A stretch of DNA of 64,000 nt from contig OZ287707.1 of NCBI GenBank assembly GCA_965649825.1, positions 364,292 through 428,291 on the forward strand, in the 5' to 3' direction. This stretch comes from Penicillus capitatus (Eukaryota; Plantae; Chlorophyta). Position numbers and translations under genes: made by a program. The notes below the pieces were generated by a model. That model did no database searches. It was not told the origin of the DNA and worked only from the letters and a program-made list of their open reading frames with translations. Shown one piece after another: positions 56,025 to 64,000 of the stretch. The first letter of the stretch is position 1. Each line of letters begins with the position of its first letter.

Positions 56025-58811
56025 AAAAGCCGTGGTCGGATTGCATTGTCCCTATCTTTATCTCTTGACGGTAACGGGCGATACCCAGGTGCGGCTCTCT
56101 GAGAGGAATGTGGTGGAGTTGGTGAACAAACTGAAAGAACTGGGTGTCATTGATGCTGGGCTTCTGCACACAGCTAATGGAAAAGAATACCTGACGCGTG
56201 AGCAACTCAGAAAAGAGATAATGGAAACCTTGACGCAAGCCGGCGGCCGTACATCATTGGTGATGTCTCAGCCATTCCCTGCGCGATGTTTAGATGCAAT
56301 GTTTTGCAGTCTGAACTGTGTGATACATTGAATGTCGATCTGAGTCACTGTGAGAGAGAAAGCAGAGCATTGGTGGAGCAATCAAAAGGCGAGATTCTGT
56401 CGATGCAAGAAGAACTCATCACACAAGACTACTTGCGTGCCGTTGTTGTCGAAGTGAAGGAACGGCTCGAAACCACGGGAGTTCTCCGAATCGGTGCGAT
56501 GATCATCACGCTTTGTGGTTGGTGAGGTTTCTGAGAATGTTGGTGATAGGTGACTTGGCGATTCAGTATGGACTGAATCATGACCTGTTGCTCTCTGTCG
56601 TCTCTTTGCACTTGGGATCATTGTTAAAGGGGGAGCTGGTGAACAGCATCCTTTTTACTCCGGCACATATGGACCGGCTCAAGGCGCAGCTAAGAGGGGC
56701 GCTGCGCGGGACAACAACGCCGATTGCTCTGGCTGCTTTGATCAAACAAATACAGTTGGATGATAGCGGAACGTCTGATATTATCCAGAGACTCATTCGA
56801 GATTTAATACATCAAGATGACATCCAGGTCGAAGAGTGTATGGATCGATTCAGGAATTGAGTGGGGATTTAGGGAGAGCTGAGGAGCAACAACCAATGGA
56901 TACCGACAGTGCACACAAAGGCGCAGAGATCGGCCGTTGTGGCTCTCTTTCATCAAAACGGCTGGGTCTCGCAAAACGCTGTCCGCAGAGTGGCCTCCGA
57001 TGAGAATGCGTTTCTTCAAGAGCAGTTTTCTGAGCATTGTGTGTTGGATACTGTCGTGGTCTCGTCCAGTTTCGTTGAAAACATGGATGCCGAGATCGAA
57101 GAGCACTTGGAACAAGCATCATGGTGTGACATCTGTTCCTTGTTGCCCATGGAATTCGGCGAGGAAGATGGCCGACAGCTGCTTCTGAAATGCGACTCTC
57201 TCAAACGTCGATCAGATCTTCAGAGTATCACAGACACATGTGTGATGCTCACATCTTTCGTCAAAGTTCTGTCTGTACTGTGTTGCTAAAGCATGGTTGC
57301 GATCTGCACGGTGATGTGACAGGAGTGTGAACAAAGAGTGCAGGAATGGTCTGTGCAGCTGGCGAAAGAATCGCTGATTCAATCCAAACAGAAGGGCAAA
57401 GTGGACGAAGCTTCTGCTATACAACAAGCAAAGCCTAAAGATGAAGACGAGGAGGAAGATGGACCTGGTGGAAAGGGAAAAAAGAAGAATCGCGGAAAGG
57501 GCAAGGCAAAAGGCAAACAGACAGGTCTTTGCTCCCATCTCCTGGTTTTGCCCAAAGAGAGCATCATGCATTTCTTGAGCAGGAAGTTCGAAGGTGGCAG
57601 GGAAGCCAAATAAAGAGACGGCTACGACGACATTGTGCCCTGGAAAGGAGTCTTTAGCAGACGTACTGAATCAATGGTTTCCTCAGATGGAAGAAGTTGT
57701 TCATTTGGCCGAGACTCTCTCAGAAATGCTCGTTTCAACAGCAGTGGATGCTTACAACTTGACCATCGAAGTCATTCTTTCAGCTTTGCCAGCACTCTGT
57801 CTGCAATGCCTTGCAGGAGGCCACGAAACTGACAGATAAGAGGCGACAAGAGTTGAAAGAAAAGGCGCTGAAGCATCTCGAAGAGACCCTGAACAAAATC
57901 TGGCTATTTTCCAAAGGCATCGACAGTTTGCAGAGCGAGCTGGATGAGGCCAACGTCGTTCTGCTGAAGAAACACGCTGTTAAGACGACAGGTCGTTTCC
58001 TGTGAGTTTATGAAGAATGACATTAGGACAGATACTAGACAGGTTGCGACGCTGTGGACTGGCTGCTGCGTTACTTTCAACTTCAGGAACCCGGAGGCGA
58101 TGAGGACGTTCCGGATGAGATGATTCCCATTCCAACCAATCATCGATCGGCAATCTTGGAACGCCTCCCGAAGGATGTTTCCCCAATGGCTCGTGCAGCT
58201 GTTCAGAGCACAAAACAGGACGAGCCTGAAGTAAAGCATGTCACACAGGGGGTAACACGCAAGCAGGTTGATGACATAGGCGCTGTTGGAAGCCCTGGAC
58301 AGCGGCATAGAGTCTTGCAGTATTCGATTTCCAAAGCGCGATAAGAAAGCAGAGAAACAGAAGGTCCTTGAATTCGAGACGATATGGAAAGAGAGGCTGA
58401 AAATAGAAGACAATCCAGCAACCGTCTTGGCCATACTCTTGCCGGTCTTGATTGCCAAGGTCTGTGTGCGAAATCTGTGTGCAATCTGCATCTCTGTTGT
58501 TATGGCAGATGCGTGGTATTCTCGTCAGCCTTCCAGGCAGAGCCATGCCATCGCTGATCGCATTGCTGAAGCCTGCAATGAAAGATGCAGACTACGAGAT
58601 CTTGGAAGCTTTTCATAAGGCCGTTGTCGAAGATCTGAAACAGAAGTCCACTTCAGGTGCGACGCATTAAATCCAGTTTGCACATCAAAAATCGTCTCCT
58701 GCATCTGTAGACAAGACAGAAGAAAGTCCACCGCCGCCAGCGCAGAATGTACTAGTCGATTTGATGCGCAAAGCCAAAGATCTGATAGAGGAAGAACAGC
58801 ATTCGGTTTAG
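55969..58811 (+). CDS. UFL1: E3 UFM1-protein ligase 1, multi-exon (alternative in-frame ATG at 55939)
   Basis: RLSERNVVELVNKL, LLHTANGKEYLT..L.KEI, GGRTSL, LNVDLSH.E, RLKAQLRGALRG.TTP, KGKKKNRGKGK, LLKPAM. Confidence 0.93.
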
Positions 58812-58819
58812 ATGCCATG

Positions 58820-59468
58820 TTAAAGCATAAAGACTCCCAGGATGAGGCCGAGGATGAGGGCTGTGATACCCAGGACCGTCTAAACACAAAGCCTTATCGT
58901 TCTTGTCCTGCGTCTCTCTGTACTAGCTTACCATTTCGGGTGGTGAATGTGTGACTAGCAAAACACAGTCTCTGCAAGTTAATCTCCCATCGCGGTTCAT
59001 CTACACAGCCAATAAACATACGAAACACTTCTACCACGCCGGTGCATCACATCGAAACATTTTCGACAATCTTGCCGGCATTGTTGCCATCCATAGAAAT
59101 AGATGAAAGCCTGGAAAACACCATCTGGTCGACAAAAATGAGATAGGATTGGAAATAGACAGCGATGATGAGGGCCAAGACGATGAGTGTCAGGATCAAG
59201 GCGATCATTCCTTTCTAATGCACATAACGCATTAACCCGTCATTCTTGAAGCAACAGACATGTACAGTGAAACCGATTCCCAGGAGGAATCCGATGACCA
59301 AGACTGCAAAGAAGAAGAGTGTATAGCGGCAGCACACTTGGCTGGTGGTTGGAGGTTGCGCTGTTTCCCCCTCTGCAAGTATGCACAGACATATGTATGT
59401 CCTCAGATGCGTCATCTGGAGGTGTTGCGCTCGCCTGCGACGAGGGGAGCTTCTGTGTCTTCTGGCAT
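58820..59468 (-). CDS. Small multi-pass membrane protein, hypothetical, multi-exon
   Basis: MPEDTEAPLV..., CCRYTLFFFAVLVIGFLLGIGF, IALILTLIVLALIIAVYF, VLGITALILGLILGVFML*; exon joins tentative. Confidence 0.45.
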
Positions 59469-59523
59469 CGTTTTGTCGATGGGCGCAATGAAGATGTCCC
59501 ATCGCGTTGTGGTCTGCAAATCG

Positions 59524-61561
59524 ATGTGTAAGTTCGCATGGTATCTCACGCTGTTCCTGGCGACAATAGCTACTGCAGAGAATGCGGGGCGCCGACATGA
59601 ACAAACAATAAACGACGTCGTATAGCTTCTCTTCTATCTCTTCTGCCCTGCATTCTCGAGTCCTTATCTTCAGAACATCACCGTCGTAGAAGATTCACCC
59701 GAAACGCACATCCAGACAGCGGATGCCGAGGCAGAAGTGCCACCCAAGAACATCAGCGGCTACTACAAAGGCATAAGCACTGCTGCCTGTGACACCCGCG
59801 GGTTTTGAGCTTTGGACCTATAGGGACCTGGGAAAGTCAAGGAATTGACATTCGCTTTCGTCATGTATTGCTTCTCGATCAGGAGAAGGGAGATGTGATC
59901 ATGGACCTCAGAGTCGGCCAACGCATATCCTACGGAGTCCATACTGTCCATGTCCGCTCTTGACATGACACGAGGCCCGTTCTATGTCGTGCTGTTCAGG
60001 GAGATGTGTTGCTGAAGAATGGTCTGCACTTGACAGACGATGACATTCGTTTCACATTCGAGGGTGTCTACGTGCCAGAAGTGGATTTTGTGACGGGTGT
60101 GCTGTCTTCCAAGAAAGCGATTGCTATTCGAATCAGCGAACAAGAGATCTTGCAGAACAGTCCATTCTATCGGTACGGACAGATCTGCTCGGCGATGTCC
60201 TTCGTGCGCGAGCGATGGATGGGACAGGGAAGCTTTGAGGAGGGAGGCAAAGAAATGGATTAAAGACCCGCCGCCGTTGCTGAAGTTTGGTTTGCCTCCT
60301 GAAAAGCAAATTCAGTTGAAACACCGTTGTCAGTTTCACCTCGATCTCAAACTCTCGCCCATGAATACCACAGCAGAAGCAGATGATCTCCTCTCGTCTG
60401 CGCCCATTGCTTTCCCAGTCGACGGTTACCATGTGCGACATCCGTTCGATCACCTTAGGTGTCGACGGGTGCTTGTGCGTTCCTCTAGATCGCCGGCAAG
60501 ATCACGAGTCCAAACTGCAATGTCAGTCTCTCGGTGAATGCAACTTCTTTTCATTTGGAGAAGTACTACACGAAGGCAGTGCATTACACATTGGTCATTG
60601 CTATTCTGACATTCCTCCAGATTCTGTTGCTCATTAAACAGATTGAAGGTACATCGACGCCAGCAACGTCGATGCGCGTGTCCATGATTGGCATCAGTCA
60701 GCAGACCGTTATGGATGCCTATCTCTGTCTGCTGCATCTGACAGCAGGAATCGTTGTGGAGCCTCTCTTCAATGCCTTTGCCATGGTATCCTTCTTCGAG
60801 TTCGTTCTGTTTGCCATCTTCGAGATGCGATACATGCTCTTAATCTGGCGAGCGCAGAGGGGACAGTCGGACGACGTCTGGGATACCCGAAGAGAGCTCT
60901 CTATTCTCTATACCCGTTTCTATGGCGTCCTGCTGGCTGGAATCTTAGGAGCCTTCAAACTACAGCAGTATATGCGTGGCTTTGTCTTCGTGTTCTATTC
61001 GTTTTGGATTCCTCAAGTGGTGCATTGTATAAGGACAGATGCGAGACAGCCACTGAAACCGTTCTTCATCATAGGCATGTCGATCACCCGGTACGTTACC
61101 GATTTTCAAATGCCATCTCGCTTGACTGTCGTCTCAACAGATTGGCCTTGCCTCTCTACTTCTACGGCTGCCCATCCAATCTCCTCGGTGTCCGACCCAG
61201 TCCATTACTGTGCATGTGTCTGGTGCTATATGTGGCCATACAGGGCGCCGTTTTGATGGTGCAGTACTACTATGGACCCCATTGCTTTCTGCCAAAGCGT
61301 TTTCTGCCACACAAACATGACTACTTTCGCTCACTGGATCCAGATGAAGTGCGGGAAGTGCTGAGAAGGAATGGAGATCTGGAATCCAGCGAGGCAGGAG
61401 TGACGGAGTGTGTGATCTGTATGAACCCGGTTGAGATCGGACGACCAATGACGCGAATGGTGACGCCTTGCAATCACTTTTTCCATCCACAATGTTTACA
61501 GAGATGGATGGACGTCAAGATGGAATGTCCAACATGTCGACAAATATTACCCCCTCTGTAA
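59524..61561 (+). CDS. FLY1: Transmembrane RING-H2 E3 ligase, TUL1/Dsc1/FLY1-like
   Basis: Signal peptide; TM block (QTVMDAYLCLLHLT, FFEFVLFAIFEMRY, SFWIPQ, RLALPLYFYGCPSN); C-terminal CVICM..TPCNHFFHPQCLQRWMDVKMECPTCR. Confidence 0.9.
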
Positions 61562-61617
61562 AAACTCTATACTCTCTATGAAATCCTCTCTGTATCCGCC
61601 ACCACAACGGCAACGCC

Positions 61618-64000
61618 TCAACCACTCTTCCCGAGATCGAGCAGTGCGTTCAGAAGCGCATCGTAGACCACTTTCGATGCCATGGTGTGAAAGAAATGAT
61701 CCCTTGTATTCGTCTGCATCTTTGGACTGCATTCTGCAAGGCACTGTTGAGTTTCTGGCCTCTGTAACATGTCGCACAGGTATCTGTCTATTGCCCAATG
61801 CGAATGCATCTGACTCTGAGGACACAATTCAGCGACGGGTTCCGAATCAAAGGGACAGGCTTACAGGAATGGCCGGTTCTGTGCTGATCACGCGTCCTTG
61901 CACGTCAATGACGAGCGTCTCGGAGATAGTCTCGTCGCGCCTGTCTCCGACATTCTCCACCTTCATCGTTTCAAGCAATCTCGTCTCGTTTACCAAGGTC
62001 TGGACATCCGTTTTCGTCCGAGAACTGAAAGTGCTGGCCATATGCAAAGGCAGCCGTCTTCGCAGCATCTTTTCCGTGCGATCCCTGGAGACAGAAAAGA
62101 CAGTTTTGTGGAGCTCTGTAGAAAAGACACCTGGGTGGCGAAGGTATTGGATGGATGGCAATGATCTCCTCTTCGTCGTCATCACCGTCTTCCTCTAAAG
62201 TGAATGTGGATATCTCTCTGGTCACAAGGACGTAAATCTCTGCATGGATGATCTCTGCTCCGGACGATGGTCGGTATCGAAAGACAATAGGCTTTCTCTG
62301 CCCCGGGGATAACTGCCCATTTATTGGGTCAATATTCAGCTGCCCAGCAGCGACAGAATGGAATGTCGCTGTATCGAACTGAAACGAAATATCATCCTCT
62401 GTCGGATTTACGACTTCCACAATTCGGACGCCATCATTCTGGCATCGAACACACGCACGCTTTAGCTCCATACAGACAAGGCGTACCCACCTGTCTGTGC
62501 ATTGAGCCAAAGTCGATCGTTTGATCCGAGAGACTCATCAGCGCCGGTAACGACATCGTCGACGTCGCTTGGCAAATGCACGCATCACACGAAGTGTTGT
62601 GAGGTAGAGAGACGGAAGTATTGCTCGGCATAATACCCCTAGCTTTGATTGTCCACGTTTCTGTCTTGTCCTCATCTGAGTGGAGAATGACGTCGAATGC
62701 GTATGTCTTCTCTTCGAGAGGTTGAAACACGATCAGAAGGGGTATGGATTTGCCGACATCCACCTCGCCTGCCATCAGCATCCGAATGAAATTCTATCGA
62801 ACAAGGCATACAGACAGACCGCTGGTCTTTCCAACGCATCTGAAGATAGGAAAATCATAGTTCTGTCGGTTAGCGCGATCCGTATCCTCAAAGTTCAAAG
62901 AGAAAGCGGCACCACAATTGCCGCCGTTATGGATCATCAACATCTGCGACGGCGGTTCTTTGCATCCAATCGCAATGGGCTCCAGCATGGCGCTGTCGAG
63001 TTCGAGTCGATGGGATGGCTCCCTTTCGGCGCCTCCATGTAGCAAGACACAAATCTTCTTGCCGTTTTTGATGTCAAATAGAAAAGGCAATTTATGCTGT
63101 CCTGTTGAACACACTTATCAACAGGAGTGACCTTTGAATCCGTGTACCTTCTATGATCGGATGATAAGTGATGCAGACGGTTTGAGCACCCTCGGGCAGA
63201 AGGTGTCCGTTTGGAGGATCGAAGCTGAAGATATTGTTGTTCAGGAGCATTTCCCTCAATTGCTCCTCGGCGCTCTCGGCAGGCAGTGGCTCCTCACAAA
63301 GCTCAATGATTGAATCCGAGCCACCGGGAGAAATCCATCGCCATTCGACGTCGACTGTTGTTGGATTGGACAGCTGTATGTGTATCTCTTTCGATTTGCC
63401 GTTCAGTAAACGGCTGCCAAAGTTGAAATCGACCGACGGCAGAGAGTCCAAACATCCGGCGGCGATAACTTCGTGGTTCTTCATCGTCTGCTAGGACACA
63501 TAGTCACCCATGCTTCCGTAAAAGAACCTCCCCAGTCGACTTTGGAGAGATGGATGTCAGTAGGTGTAAGCGATGACTGAAGCAGATCGTTAAAGCGATG
63601 GACTCGAAGCGATCTGGTCAGTCGATTCTTGCTCGCTCCACTTGAGAACGCGTCGGAAATCCGTAGTCCCGGAGATACAGCAGTGCATTGTATCGTTGCG
63701 ATATCTTCAGAGATCATTTCGTTGCGGGCATCCACACAGGTCACCTCGACAGTGTATGTCTTCGGTGTACACATCCAGAGAAAAAACGATACGCTCTTTG
63801 TGGACCTGCCTCACGAGGACCAGCGTTTAGCAGAGCATGTCACGTTAAATGAGAGAGTGTATACCTTGGAGGAAGAATGCCATTGGCATCCCGTGCCATC
63901 AGTTTGTATGCTCGTTCCGTTTGCAGATCAACCGCGTCGACCGAATGATGATCATATTGGTCAGGAATGACACCTTCTTCGTCGATTTTGAAGAGCAGAC
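61618..64000 (-). CDS. CFAP65: Cilia/flagella-associated protein CFAP65 (CCDC108)-like with MSP/ASH Ig-like domains; 3' part only, continues beyond window
   Basis: Repeated ASH-type segments (FNFGS..IQLSNPTTVDVEW; FSFDPPNGHLLP; HKLPFLFDIKNGK; IDFGSM; LNIDPINGQLSPGQ). Confidence 0.7.

Noticed and set aside
59623-59625. In-frame TAG in FLY1 suggesting stop-codon reassignment (TAR=Gln code of some Ulvophyceae)
   Set aside because: It lies in a 54-nt GT-AG intron with a pyrimidine tract; many genes here end in TAA/TAG and long exons lack in-frame TAR.
1-64000. CRISPR arrays, rRNA genes, prokaryotic operons
   Set aside because: None seen; the gene structure is spliceosomal and eukaryotic.

Overview
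Gene-dense eukaryotic nuclear DNA, most likely from a compact green-algal (chlorophyte, possibly Bryopsidales-like) genome. The evidence is ~50-nt GT-AG introns, very short intergenic spacers, plastid-targeted proteins (FLAP1/DUF1517, a twin-arginine lumen protein) and a flagellar CFAP65-like gene; the standard genetic code fits. About 28 host genes can be supported: SEC14-like, alpha/beta hydrolase, CASC3/Barentsz, Era GTPase, ARA1-like GHMP kinase, PEX16, NACHT-HEAT protein, FLAP1, pyruvyl transferase, XPO4, F-box/CW/SNF2/RING helicase, SCCPDH, RING-CH ligase, CLC, RsmG, receptor-like TKL kinase, WDR5, DHHC-family PAT, METTL6, UFL1, TUL1/FLY1, CFAP65 and several hypotheticals. The outstanding anomaly is a ~4-kb cassette (51477-55428) between two direct copies of a ~600-bp segment holding the head-to-head METTL6/UFL1 starts. 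It contains two inward-facing copies of one unit. Each unit has a tRNA-like Pol III head (A and B boxes, shrunken anticodon loop), a ~400-nt structured body carrying a ~60-nt segment antisense to a coding exon of neighbouring UFL1 (22-nt perfect core), an AU-rich hairpin, a ~145-150-aa ORF of a family I do not recognise, and a shared 3' motif. The RNA arms are ~99% identical, while the two proteins are only ~36% identical without gaps. By eye the proteins faintly resemble hepadnavirus core (capsid) proteins; this is unverified. The cassette may be an undescribed RNA-plus-small-protein selfish or guide-like element. All alignments and exon calls were made by hand, and multi-exon gene ends are approximate.
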